Below are positions 49,958 through 60,280 of a DNA stretch of 64,000 bases, piece by piece (the first letter of the stretch is position 1; each line of letters opens with the position of its first letter). Source of the DNA: Dictyostelium discoideum (Eukaryota); contig CM000155.2 of assembly GCA_000004695.1 (NCBI GenBank), positions 1,472,001-1,536,000 on the forward strand, in the 5' to 3' direction. A program made the position numbers and the translations under genes. The notes under the pieces were generated by a model that did not search any database, was not told where the DNA came from, and saw nothing but the letters and a program-made list of their open reading frames with translations.

Positions 49958-50623
49958 TCAGTCTAGTCTCCTTTCCAAGATTCTTGTGAGGTTATTGTTT
50001 GTGTTGTGTATCGTTCTTGAGAAGGTGGGTCTTTTATTTAGTTGGTCCATATCCATTAGGTTATTTGAAATTCTGATGGCTTCGATTACTGTGGCCATCT
50101 CATCTGGGGATTGTGTTGTCAAGTTGCCTTGGTCATCATTTGATGTGTGATTGTCATTGAAGTCTAAACAGTTGAAGTCTCCTGCTATGATGTCGATGTT
50201 TTTATTAGGGTTAGACGTTAGGTTGTGGTATTGGTTGTTGAAGTGTTTGTTTAGTGTTGAAGCTAGTGTTTTTCTTTTATCAGGTTGGGCCGGGGCGTAT
50301 ATGGCCAAGATTCTCGTTGTGGTATCTTTTATTAGAATGTCTGATATTATTAGTCTACCTTCTATTATGAATATTGGTGAGAGTTTTATGTTTTGGTTGT
50401 TGTGGTTTAGTATTCCTATTCCGTTGCCTCTGTTGGTTGCGCTAATGATGGAGCCAGGGAATAGCTGGTGTGCTTGTGTTGCGTCGGCGTTGAGTTCATT
50501 GACTATGGTTAGTGCCAATGAGTTTGGGGGGGATTGGGATTTGATAAAGTCTGTTTTGTTTTTGAAGGAGGTGTCAGTGCCCCAACCTCTGACATTCCAT
50601 TGGTTGATTTTGATTACTACCAT
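49958..50623 (-). CDS. TRE3-like ORF2, apurinic-endonuclease-like N-terminal portion (221 aa, copy 1)
   Basis: The N-terminal WNVRGW and ...IIAGDFNC... motifs are typical of L1-type APE endonucleases. The same frame continues into the RT in copy 2. Confidence 0.65.
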   Translation of the reverse strand: MVVIKINQWNVRGWGTDTSFKNKTDFIKSQSPPNSLALTIVNELNADATQAHQLFPGSIISATNRGNGIGILNHNNQNIKLSPIFIIEGRLIISDILIKDTTTRILAIYAPAQPDKRKTLASTLNKHFNNQYHNLTSNPNKNIDIIAGDFNCLDFNDNHTSNDDQGNLTTQSPDEMATVIEAIRISNNLMDMDQLNKRPTFSRTIHNTNNNLTRILERRLD

Positions 50624-51882
50624 TATGAGATGATATCGATCTCCTCTTGGGAGTCGTATAGCTGCGGTTTGGATGGTGAAGGGTAGATACTCTCTATGAA
50701 GCTCTCAATGATTCCTTTACTTTCTTTTTTGACAGGTGTCTTAGGGGTGGATGGGATGTAAGGGTTGCTTCTATTTATTGTTGGTGAGAGTTGGGTGACT
50801 TCATTGTTTGAGTGGATTTCCTCGTTCTTGCGTTTATGTGATGGAGGGATGTTTAGTGTCTTCTCTCTGTTTTCCGAGGATGAATGGATGTTATTGCTCG
50901 TTTTGTTGGCATTGTCTTTTTGGATGGCGTTGGATGTTGTGGTAGTGGTTGTGGTGGGTTTGACAGATTGAGATTCTGCTGGGTTTTTGGGGGGAAGAGG
51001 TTGAGATGACTTTTTTGCTTGGGCTTTTTTCTCTTGGGGGTGATTGTTTTTCAGACTGATTGTTTGCTGGGGGTTGTTTGTTTGTTGTTGTGGTTTTGGT
51101 TGAGAGGATTTGATTGCTATCCTGTTTTGGATGTTGGGAGGATCATCTGTCATCTCATCTTCTAATGGTTCTTCCGTGTTGTTTGACTTCTCTACTTTCT
51201 TGTTTTTCTTTGNTGAGGAGTAGGTTTTGGTGGCCGTTCTGATGGTAAAGTTTGCGATTTCTGTAATGTGTTGGCCAGATTTCATTTGATCGCCTATTTT
51301 GCATTCTATTAGACCGAATACTATGAGGTGGTCGGTGGAGTATATAGTATTGTATATTGCATAGGGTATTTCTTCTGCAAAGGCAGTTTTGATGAGGGCG
51401 TCCACTATTCCTGCCTTTTCTCTGGGAATTCTTACTCTTCCTGTGAGGACGTGGAAGTCTCTACTGGAGGTGATGAAGGTTCCCAATTTGCTTCTATCTC
51501 TAATGATATTTAGGAGAGATTGTTCGTTTTTAATCATCAGGTGGATCATTTTTCTAGTTCCTTTGCCTATGTATATCTTGTCGAATGGGATATCGTAGTT
51601 TGAGAGTGTTTTTCTCATTTCTTCTAACCCCTTGAGATCCATTTTGGGGAATTCGAGTGTAATTGGGTAGAATCCGTTGTTCTTCTCATAGGTTGAGAGC
51701 GCAGTCATGTTCAATATGGTCTCGCAGTATTTGGAGATGTCTTTGAGGCCTATTGATAGTTTGGGGTAGGTCTCCTTTATCTCTGCTGTTTTTGTGGAGA
51801 ATTCCTTAATGAAGTTCTCCGATGCCTCGTCCATATGGGTGGAGGGGTTGGCCATTTTAGCCGCGTCTGCGTAGGAATTCAT
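50623..51882 (-). CDS. TRE3-like ORF1 protein (419 aa, copy 1)
   Basis: First ORF of the element. It has a basic Ser/Thr/Pro-rich C-terminal half. It is nearly identical to 55937..57190. Confidence 0.7.
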   Translation of the reverse strand: MNSYADAAKMANPSTHMDEASENFIKEFSTKTAEIKETYPKLSIGLKDISKYCETILNMTALSTYEKNNGFYPITLEFPKMDLKGLEEMRKTLSNYDIPFDKIYIGKGTRKMIHLMIKNEQSLLNIIRDRSKLGTFITSSRDFHVLTGRVRIPREKAGIVDALIKTAFAEEIPYAIYNTIYSTDHLIVFGLIECKIGDQMKSGQHITEIANFTIRTATKTYSSXKKNKKVEKSNNTEEPLEDEMTDDPPNIQNRIAIKSSQPKPQQQTNNPQQTISLKNNHPQEKKAQAKKSSQPLPPKNPAESQSVKPTTTTTTTSNAIQKDNANKTSNNIHSSSENREKTLNIPPSHKRKNEEIHSNNEVTQLSPTINRSNPYIPSTPKTPVKKESKGIIESFIESIYPSPSKPQLYDSQEEIDIIS

Positions 51883-52082
51883 CTCGATGGGATTCCTTTG
51901 AATCGGCGATTTGGTATGTTAGATCTGTAGATCGTGGTGGATTGGTGATTTTTTTTGAAAGATTGGTTAAAATTGACCGAGATTAAAGATAGAAAAGGAT
52001 GAATTACTTTTCACGTGTATCTTGTATCCTCTTGATCGCGGTACGGTTTTTTTTTCCAAATCTTTTGAGCAACTTGTCGTAG

Positions 52083-52127
<45 letters not shown>

Positions 52128-52224
52128 TGGATTAACAAGATTGATATATGTCCATCTGTGTTAATACGAGTTTTATTTAATATTTATTTAAAGGCTTATC
52201 ATTTAAGCTGAAGGGTTATTTTAA

Positions 52225-54801
52225 TCATATGAATTGATCAAAAGATATAATATTTGGGAGAGATGATTCTGGAATACAATAGTAATTAGCTGTTGTTTTT
52301 CTTAGCTTGATCGTTGAAGTGAGAAGGATCTTAGGATCTTTGAAGTTATTATGGTCTTTTGCTGATAAGTTTTTCAGATCTTTTGCTTTTTTGATGTATT
52401 CTAGAGTGGCCAATTTGTGCCATTTCTTTAGAAGGGAGCTGTATGATAGTGATTCATCTGTTAAAGGATCTTCACTGTATATTTGATTGCAAATCCAAAT
52501 CCAAATGTTGTGGAGGATAAGGGCCATTAGGTTTCTATATGCGAATGATCTGGTTAGATCATAGTCTATTGCTTTATAGTTCCATTCAAAGTATTCTTTG
52601 TGGAATCTGTGGTTGGCGTAATCTGCATTCACTTCTTGATCTTTTTTGGCTGTCGGTGATAATTTTGGAGTTATTCTATTAATGAAATTGTTATTTTGCC
52701 TAATTCTTGTATGGTGCCAGTTTTTACCTTTGCCTGTGGTAATATAGATGAAATTTTTGAGTTTATTTATTTTTATGAATTGTTTTGTTTTCTTGCATGA
52801 GAAGAACAGGTGACCGTATGGGTCTTTGCTCATATCTTCTTTGCAGAGTGGGCATTGTTTGTTGTGAAGGTAGTTTATTGGAAGGCATCTGGCATGGAAT
52901 CTAAACATTGTGTCTCTTGTTTTAGGGTCTTTTATCTTCAGTATGTTGTTGAAGAGTTGATTATAGCTGTAGCCTCTTAAGTTTAGAGATGATTGGAATT
53001 CCGTTTTAGGGATGGTTGGATTTTGGTCTTGAATTGTGGTATACCATTCTGCCAGTGAAAGTGGTTGTCCATTTTCGTTTTTTATGGATGTGAGATTATT
53101 GTTGAAGATTGCTTTTTTTATTCTTATTTTGTTCCATTCATCTAAGTTTTCTTTTAGGTATCTGGATGTGAATTTGTTTTTTTGGATCTGATATTCCCAG
53201 CTTTTGTGATGAGATGAGTTTGTTTGTTTGGTTTCTAGTGCTAGGATGAACTGGTTTATGATCCAAAGTTTCTGCGCCAGTTGTCTCAATTCTATATTCC
53301 AAATGTTCCAGCCCCCTACTTTTAGTGGGTATCTTGCTCTTTTGGTTCTCATTAAATTAATAACTTGAAATCCACTAGCATTTTTGTTGTTTGGTGCCGA
53401 TAAAAACCATTCGACTAATTTATTGATTTGGTTTAATTCCTCTTCCTTAAAGTTCTCTACATATGAATAGTAGGTTAATTTAGAGAGTGCGAATGCTTTG
53501 AGGATGTTGGTTTTGGTTTTGATTGTTGAGTCAGTGGTTTTCCATAGTACTAAGGATGATCTTATTGTGTTTAATATTTCTGGTATTTTTCTTGTTATCC
53601 CTTTGCCTGTGAAGAAGTATCCCAAGTATCTTTCTGGATTTGTAGATATTGGTATTCTTTGGTTGGTATTGTCTGGGTTGCCTATAAGAATTGATGAAGA
53701 TTTGTCGATGTTTAGTTTTGAGGAAGTGGCTTTGCAAAATGAATTGAAGTGTTGTAGTACTAATTCAAGTTGTTGAGAGTCTGGGACCATTGAAGCCGAG
53801 TCGTCTGCAAAGCTTTGGAATTTCTCTCTGTGGTCGCTGTTGTTTAGAGGAAGGCCAGTAATTCGGTCATCTTGTAAAATTTTTCTAGCTAAAGCCTCTA
53901 TTACAAGGACGAACAGGGTGGGTGATAGTGGATCTCCTTGTTTGACTCCTCTTTTGATCTCAAAGGGTATAGTAGTTCTACCATTAATTTCAATTCTTGC
54001 TTCAGATTTGGTGAGTAGATTCATTATCAGGTTGATTATATTGGTTGGAATGTTGATGTGTTGTAGTGATCTGAGTATTGAACCGTGTGAAATCGAGTCA
54101 AAAGCTTTTTCGAAATCATATAGTGTAATTATTCCGTTAATTCTTTTATCATTACAATAGTTGATTAATTCGTTCATTGATATGATATTATCTATAATGA
54201 ATCTGCCTGGTACGAAACCTTTTTGATTGTGGTTGATCACTTTCGTTAGTATTGGGATTATTCTATTGTTTATTAGTTTTGAGTGGATTTTATATATACA
54301 GTTAGCCAGTGTAATTGGTCTTCTGTTTTTGATTAGTTCGGGGTCTCCCTTTTTAGGTATCGTGATAATGAGGCCTTCTTTGTAATTTTTGCTAATTAGA
54401 TGAGGATTTCTTAGAGTGTCGTTGAATGCTGAGGCCAGTATTGGAGCTAGTTTTTCTTTGTGTGTTATGTAGAATAAGTTTGGAATTCCATCTGGGCCTG
54501 GAGATTTGTGTGGGTTCAATTGTTTTATTACTTCTAGGATCTCTTGTGTTGTGAATTCATTTTCAAGGTTGTCCCATGTTGAGTCCCTGGTCACTGTCCA
54601 ATTTTCCAACATTTCATAATGAGATGGTGCGTCATCTTCTTTGTAGTCATAAAGATTTGAGTAATATTTTACGTATTCTTCTTCGATCAATTCCTGTTTG
54701 TTGATTGTTCTACCTTGTGCATCTTTTACTGCGTTGATGGTGAAATCATTGTGTCTTTTCTTGATTCTCGCGGAGATGTACTTGAGTGAAGTTCTTCGCA
54801 A
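52225..54801 (-). CDS. TRE3-like ORF2 RT portion, copy 2 (858 aa from the first Met; the frame is interrupted relative to copy 1 near 54750..54800)
   Basis: Near-identical to 46919..49825. Confidence 0.7.
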   Translation of the reverse strand: MRRTSLKYISARIKKRHNDFTINAVKDAQGRTINKQELIEEEYVKYYSNLYDYKEDDAPSHYEMLENWTVTRDSTWDNLENEFTTQEILEVIKQLNPHKSPGPDGIPNLFYITHKEKLAPILASAFNDTLRNPHLISKNYKEGLIITIPKKGDPELIKNRRPITLANCIYKIHSKLINNRIIPILTKVINHNQKGFVPGRFIIDNIISMNELINYCNDKRINGIITLYDFEKAFDSISHGSILRSLQHINIPTNIINLIMNLLTKSEARIEINGRTTIPFEIKRGVKQGDPLSPTLFVLVIEALARKILQDDRITGLPLNNSDHREKFQSFADDSASMVPDSQQLELVLQHFNSFCKATSSKLNIDKSSSILIGNPDNTNQRIPISTNPERYLGYFFTGKGITRKIPEILNTIRSSLVLWKTTDSTIKTKTNILKAFALSKLTYYSYVENFKEEELNQINKLVEWFLSAPNNKNASGFQVINLMRTKRARYPLKVGGWNIWNIELRQLAQKLWIINQFILALETKQTNSSHHKSWEYQIQKNKFTSRYLKENLDEWNKIRIKKAIFNNNLTSIKNENGQPLSLAEWYTTIQDQNPTIPKTEFQSSLNLRGYSYNQLFNNILKIKDPKTRDTMFRFHARCLPINYLHNKQCPLCKEDMSKDPYGHLFFSCKKTKQFIKINKLKNFIYITTGKGKNWHHTRIRQNNNFINRITPKLSPTAKKDQEVNADYANHRFHKEYFEWNYKAIDYDLTRSFAYRNLMALILHNIWIWICNQIYSEDPLTDESLSYSSLLKKWHKLATLEYIKKAKDLKNLSAKDHNNFKDPKILLTSTIKLRKTTANYYCIPESSLPNIISFDQFI

Positions 54802-55828
54802 TAGTGTTCATGTTCAATTCTTGTTTAAGTTGTTCTTCTCTTTTTTTAGATTCATTTATTGCTGAAAGGGTTGCGAAGGCTTGGTCTTTAAATTCTGTCT
54901 CTAGTAGGGAGATTAGATTTTTGATGTTTGCCTTATTGTTGTAGTCATTTTGTTTTTGAAATTCTGTGTATAGTTGTTTTATTTTGTTTAGTAAGCTGTT
55001 GAGTTGAGAGAAGGAAATAGAGTTATGGTTGGATGACAGCTCCCTTGAATAATCGTTAAGTAGGAAGTCTATTTTCTTAAGCATTATGCTTGAGAGGATT
55101 GAGGATTTTTTTAATCTCCATCTGCGCTTGTTCATCTGTATGTTGGGTAGAGTGAAGGTGGTTGATAGGAAGTTGTGATCTGATAGAGGTATGTCATTAA
55201 TTTTTGGGGGGATTAGGTTCCTTAAGTATAATTGGCTGTAGTTGATTATGCTATTGTTAAGGTATATTCTGTCTAGTCTCCTTTCCAAGATTCTTGTGAG
55301 GTTATTGTTTGTGTTGTGTATCGTTCTTGAGAAGGTGGGTCTTTTATTTAGTTGGTCCATATCCATTAGGTTATTTGAAATTCTGATGGCTTCGATTACT
55401 GTGGCCATCTCATCTGGGGATTGTGTTGTCAAGTTGCCTTGGTCATCATTTGATGTGTGATTGTCATTGAAGTCTAAACAATTGAAGTCGCCTGCTATGA
55501 TGTCGATGTTTTTTTTAGGGTTAGACGTTAGGTTGTGGTATTGGTTGTTGAAGTGTTTGTTTAGTGTTGAAGCTAGTATTTTTCTTTTATCAGGTTGGGC
55601 CGGGGCGTATATGGCCAAGATTCTCGTTGTGGTATCTTTTATTAGAATGTCTGATATTATTAGTCTACCTTCTATTATGAATATTGGTGAGAGTTTTATG
55701 TTTTGGTTGTTGTGGTTTAGTATTCCTATTCCGTTGCCTCTGTTGGTTGCGCTAATGATGGAGCCAGGAAATAGCTGGTGTGCTTGTGTTGCGTCGGCGT
55801 TGAGTTCATTGACTATGGTTAGTGCCAA
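54746..55828 (-). CDS. TRE3-like ORF2 EN portion plus EN-RT linker, copy 2 (360 aa)
   Basis: This frame reads continuously through the point where copy 1 has its stop (...NLTRILERRLD|RIYLNNSI...). This shows the two copies carry different disabling indels. Confidence 0.65.
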   Translation of the reverse strand: MALTIVNELNADATQAHQLFPGSIISATNRGNGIGILNHNNQNIKLSPIFIIEGRLIISDILIKDTTTRILAIYAPAQPDKRKILASTLNKHFNNQYHNLTSNPKKNIDIIAGDFNCLDFNDNHTSNDDQGNLTTQSPDEMATVIEAIRISNNLMDMDQLNKRPTFSRTIHNTNNNLTRILERRLDRIYLNNSIINYSQLYLRNLIPPKINDIPLSDHNFLSTTFTLPNIQMNKRRWRLKKSSILSSIMLKKIDFLLNDYSRELSSNHNSISFSQLNSLLNKIKQLYTEFQKQNDYNNKANIKNLISLLETEFKDQAFATLSAINESKKREEQLKQELNMNTIAKNFTQVHLRENQEKTQ

Positions 55829-55936
55829 TGAGTTTGGGGGGGATTGGGATTTGATAAAGTCTGTTTTGTTTTTGAAGGAGGTGTCAGTGCCCCAACCTCT
55901 GACATTCCATTGGTTGATTTTGATCGATTACTACCA

Positions 55937-57190
55937 TTATGAGATGATATCGATCTCCTCTTGGGAGTCGTTTAGCTGCGGTTTGGATGGTGAAGGGTAG
56001 ATACTCTCTATGAAGCTCTCAATGATTCCTTTCCTTTCTTTATTGACAGGTGTCTTAGGGGTGGATGGGATGTAAGGGTTGCTTCTGTTTATTGTTGGTG
56101 AGAGTTGGGTGACCTCGTTGTTTGAGTGGATTTCCTCGTTCTTGCGTTTATGTGATGGAGGGATGTTTGGTGTCTTCTCTCTGTTTTCCGAGGATGAATG
56201 GATGTTAGTGCTCGTTTTGTTGGCATTGTCTTTTTGGATGGCGTTGGATGTTGTGGTAGTGGTTGTGGTGGGTTTGACAGATTGAGATTCTGCTTGGTTT
56301 TTGGGGGGAAGAGGTTGAGAGGATTTTTTTGATTGGGCTCTTTTCTCTTGGGTTGATTGTTTATCAGACTTATTGTTTGCTGGGTTGTTTGTTTGTTGTT
56401 GTGGTTTTGGTTGAGAGGATTTGATTGCTATCCTGTTTTGGATGTTGGGAGGATCATCTGTCATCTCATCTTCTAATGGTTCTTCCGTGTTGTTTGACTC
56501 TACTTTCTTATTTTTCTTTTGTGAGGAGTAGGTTTTGGTGGCCGTTCTGATGGTAAAGTTGGCGATTTCTGTATTGTGTTGGCCAGATTTCATTTGATCG
56601 CCTATTTTGCATTCTATTAGACCGAATACTAGGAGGTGGTCGGTGGAGTATATAGTATGGTATATTGCATAGGGTATTTCTTCTGCAAAGGCAGTTTTGA
56701 TGAGGGCATCCACTATTCCTGCCTTTTCTCTTGGAATTCTTACTCTTCCTGTGAGGACGTGGTAGTCTCTACTGGAGGTGATGAAGGTTCCCAATTTGCT
56801 TCTATCTCTAATGATATTTAGGAGAGATTGTTCGTTTTTAATCATCAGGTGGATCGTTTTTCTAGTTCCTTTGCCTATGTATATCTTGTCGATTGGGATA
56901 TCGTAGTTTGAGAGTGTTTTTCTCATTTCTTCTAACCCCATGAGATCCATTTTGGGGAATTCGAGTGTAATTGGGTAGAATCCGTTGTTTTTCTCGTAGG
57001 TTGAGAGAGCAGTCATGTTCAATATGGTCTCGCAGTATTTGGAGATGTCTTTGAGGCCTATTGATAATTTGGGGTAGGTCTCCTTTATCTCTGCTGTTTT
57101 TGTGGAGAATTCCTTAATGAAGTTCTCTGATGCCTCGTCCATATGGGTGGAGGGGTTGGCCATTTTAGCCGCGTCTGCGTAGGAATTCAT
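55937..57190 (-). CDS. TRE3-like ORF1 protein, copy 2 (417 aa)
   Basis: Near-identical to 50623..51882. Confidence 0.7.
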   Translation of the reverse strand: MNSYADAAKMANPSTHMDEASENFIKEFSTKTAEIKETYPKLSIGLKDISKYCETILNMTALSTYEKNNGFYPITLEFPKMDLMGLEEMRKTLSNYDIPIDKIYIGKGTRKTIHLMIKNEQSLLNIIRDRSKLGTFITSSRDYHVLTGRVRIPREKAGIVDALIKTAFAEEIPYAIYHTIYSTDHLLVFGLIECKIGDQMKSGQHNTEIANFTIRTATKTYSSQKKNKKVESNNTEEPLEDEMTDDPPNIQNRIAIKSSQPKPQQQTNNPANNKSDKQSTQEKRAQSKKSSQPLPPKNQAESQSVKPTTTTTTTSNAIQKDNANKTSTNIHSSSENREKTPNIPPSHKRKNEEIHSNNEVTQLSPTINRSNPYIPSTPKTPVNKERKGIIESFIESIYPSPSKPQLNDSQEEIDIIS

Positions 57191-57427
57191 CTCGATGGGA
57201 TTCCTTTGAATCGGCGATTTGGTAAATTAGATCTGTAGATCGTGGTGGATTGGTGATTTTTTTTGAAAGATTGGTTAAAATTGACCGAGATTAAGGATAG
57301 AAAAGGATGAATTACTTTTCACGTGTATCTTGTATCCTCTTGATCGCGGTGCGGTTTTTTTTTCCGTAGTTGTATATTCCACATACCTAAAATTTATAAA
57401 TTATAACTATAAAATTTACATAAAAAA

Positions 57428-57500
57428 TGGAGAAGAAGGGTATCGATCCCTTTACCTCTCGCATGCTAAGCGAGCGCTCTACCATCTGAGCTACATCCCC
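57428..57500 (-). tRNA. tRNA-Ala (anticodon AGC)
   Basis: The minus strand reads GGGGATG TA GCTC AGATGGTA GAGC G CTCGC TTAGCAT GCGAG AGGTA AAGGG ATCGATA CCCTT CTTCTCC A. The A box is TAGCTCAGATGG. The anticodon stem-loop is CTCGC-TTAGCAT-GCGAG. The ATCGATA T-loop occurs in eukaryotic tRNA-Ala genes. There is one mismatch (6:67) in the acceptor stem. No CCA is encoded. Confidence 0.75.
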
Positions 57501-57543
57501 TTTGATGAAAATGAAATGAAAGTCGTATAGAAACTTCTGTGAA

Positions 57544-58216
57544 ATGAGATCGAAAAAAACAAACAACAACAACAATCTCTTTTTTTGATTATTTCATTTT
57601 TCATATAAAAAAGACTTAAAAAACAAATAAATAAATAAATAAACTATTTTAAAAAGCCATCTTTTTACTTTATTGTAATTTATTATTTGTTTCGTTTTGA
57701 GAATTTTGCGTAGCAAAATTTTCAAAAAAAAAGCAAAAAATAATCAGATCGAAAAAAACAAACAACAACAACAATCTCTTTTTTTGATTATTTCATTTTT
57801 CATATAAAAAAGACTTAAAAAACAAATAAATAAATAAATAAACTATTTTAAAAAGCCATCTTTTTACTTTATTGTAATTTATTATTTGTTTCGTTTTGAG
57901 AATTTTGCGTAGCAAAATTTTCAAAAAAAAAGCAAAAAATAATCAGATCGAAAAAAACAAACAACAACAACAATCTCTTTTTTTGATTATTTCATTTTTC
58001 ATATAAAAAAGACTTAAAAAACAAATAAATAAATAAATAAACTATTTTAAAAAGCCATCTTTTTACTTTATTGTAATTTATTATTTGTTTCGTTTTGAGA
58101 ATTTTGCGTAGCAAAATTTTCAAAAAAAAAGCAAAAAATAATCAGATCGAAAAAAACAAACAACAACAACAATCTCTTTTTTTGATTATTTCATTTTTCA
58201 TATAAAAAAGACTTAN

Positions 58217-58269
<53 letters not shown>

Positions 58270-60280
58270 CGGGGAACCAAGTTAATTAAAAAATTTCCAA
58301 ATTTTTAACTTTTTAAGGAAAATTAAAAAGGATGGAAGGAAATTAAATGGAAATTCCCAACCACCCCCCCAAATATTAGGCAACCCAATGGCCTACAAAA
58401 AATAAGCAAATTTGGGGATAAAACTCATTTAAAAAAAAAACAATTCAAATACGTCTTAAACTTCATTCCCGAACCCGGCGATAAAATAAAAAAAGATTTA
58501 AAAAAAAGTTTGGCCAAAAAAAATGTTTTAATCAAAAAGCCCCTGTAAAAAAAAAAAAAAAAATAAAATGGGGTTTAGCATTTCAAGGAGAAGCAAAAAA
58601 AAATTGCGTTATCCCATTCCAAAAAAAAAAAAAATATATAATTTTTATCCCATAAAAAAAAAAAAAAAAAAAAAAAAAAGGTAAACCAACCCCTCTTTTA
58701 GAGACCCTGTAAAAAAAATAAAATAAAATAAAATGAGATCTAGCATCTCAAGGAGAAGCAAATAATAATTGCGTTATCCAATTCAAAAAAAAAAAATATA
58801 TATAATTTTACAATTACATTCAAGAAAAATCTGGAGGATCCAGAATCAATTGGGGAATAGAAATATTCAACAGACTAGACATTCCATAAACAGCCAACGC
58901 CATAGCCATTATTTGCGAAAACATCTGGANNNNNNNNNNNNNNNNNNNNNNNNNNNNNNNNNNNNNNNNNNNNNNNNNNNNNNNNNNNNNNNNNNNNNNN
59001 NNNNNNNNNNNNNNNNNNNNNNNNNNNNNAACAACCATCAACAACGATCTCTTTGTTTGATTATTTCATTTTTCATATAAAAAAGACTTAAAAAACAAAT
59101 AAATAAATAAATAACTATTTTAAAAAGCCATCTTTTTACTTTATTGTAATTTATTATTGGTTTCGTTTTGAGAATTTTGCGTAGCAAAATTTTCAAAAAA
59201 AAAGCAAAAAATAATCAGATCGAAAAAAACAAACAACAACAACAATCTCTTTTTTTGATTATTTCATTTTTCATATAAAAAAGACTTAAAAAACAAATAA
59301 ATAAATAAATAAACTATTTTAAAAAGCCATCTTTTTACTTTATTGTAATTTATTATTTGTTTCGTTTTGAGAATTTTGCGTAGCAAAATTTTCAAAAAAA
59401 AAGCAAAAAATAATCAGATCGAAAAAAACAAACAACAACAACAATCTCTTTTTTTGATTATTTCATTTTTCATATAAAAAAGACTTAAAAAACAAATAAA
59501 TAAATAAATAAACTATTTTAAAAAGCCATCTTTTTACTTTATTGTAATTTATTATTTGTTTCGTTTTGAGAATTTTGCGTAGCAAAATTTTCAAAAAAAA
59601 AGCAAAAAATAATCAGATCGAAAAAAACAAACAACAACAACAATCTCTTTTTTTGATTATTTCATTTTTCATATAAAAAAGACTTAAAAAACAAATAAAT
59701 AAATAAATAAACTATTTTAAAAAGCCATCTTTTTACTTTATTGTAATTTATTATTTGTTTCGTTTTGAGAATTTTGCGTAGCAAAATTTTCAAAAAAAAA
59801 GCAAAAAATAATCAGATCGAAAAAAACAAACAACAACAACAATCTCTTTTTTTGATTATTTCATTTTTCATATAAAAAAGACTTAAAAAACAAATAAATA
59901 AATAAATAAACTATTTTAAAAAGCCATCTTTTTACTTTATTGTAATTTATTATTTGTTTCGTTTTGAGAATTTTGCGTAGCAAAATTTTCAAAAAAAAAG
60001 CAAAAAATAATCAGATCGAAAAAAACAAACAACAACAACAATCTCTTTTTTTGATTATTTCATTTTTCATATAAAAAAGACTTAAAAAACAAATAAATAA
60101 ATAAATAAACTATTTTAAAAAGCCATCTTTTTACTTTATTGTAATTTATTATTTGTTTCGTTTTGAGAATTTTGCGTAGCAAAATTTTCAAAAAAAAAGC
60201 AAAAAATAATCAGATCGAAAAAAAACAAACAACAACAACAATCTCTTTTTTTGATTATTTCATTTTTCATATAAAAAAGG

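Larger units (their letters stand above)
46748..52057 (-). mobile_element. Full-length TRE3-like non-LTR (LINE-type, tRNA-gene-targeted) retrotransposon, copy 1, 5.3 kb. It has ORF1, ORF2 (APE endonuclease plus reverse transcriptase), and a 69-nt poly(A) tail (poly-T on the + strand, 46748..46816)
   Basis: ORF1 lies at 50623..51882, and its stop overlaps the ORF2 ATG in TAATG. The ORF2 EN part, 49958..50623, starts MVVIKINQWNVRGWG and is APE-like. The ORF2 RT part, 46919..49825, has RT motifs ...FADD.... The 3' UTR is aatattggattaacaagattg. Flanking AAATC at 46743..46747 and 52058..52062 is a putative TSD. One ambiguous base (n at 51213) gives an X in ORF1. Confidence 0.75.
52089..57365 (-). 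mobile_element. Full-length TRE3-like non-LTR retrotransposon, copy 2 (5.3 kb), head-to-tail with copy 1. Its 5' end lies about 62 bp downstream of the tRNA-Ala gene
   Basis: About 98-99% identical to copy 1 over its whole length. The poly(A) tail is the poly-T run 52089..52122. The 10-bp direct repeat GTAGTTGTAT occurs at 52079..52088 and 57366..57375, which is a TSD. The ORFs are 55937..57190 (ORF1), 54746..55828 (EN through the EN-RT junction) and 52225..54801 (RT). Confidence 0.75.

Noticed and set aside
57330-57575. ORFs 57330..57530 (+) and 57387..57575 (-)
   Set aside because: They overlap the tRNA-Ala gene and the retrotransposon end. They are spurious.
58769-59080. ORFs containing long X runs
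   Set aside because: They span the 101-N assembly gap.
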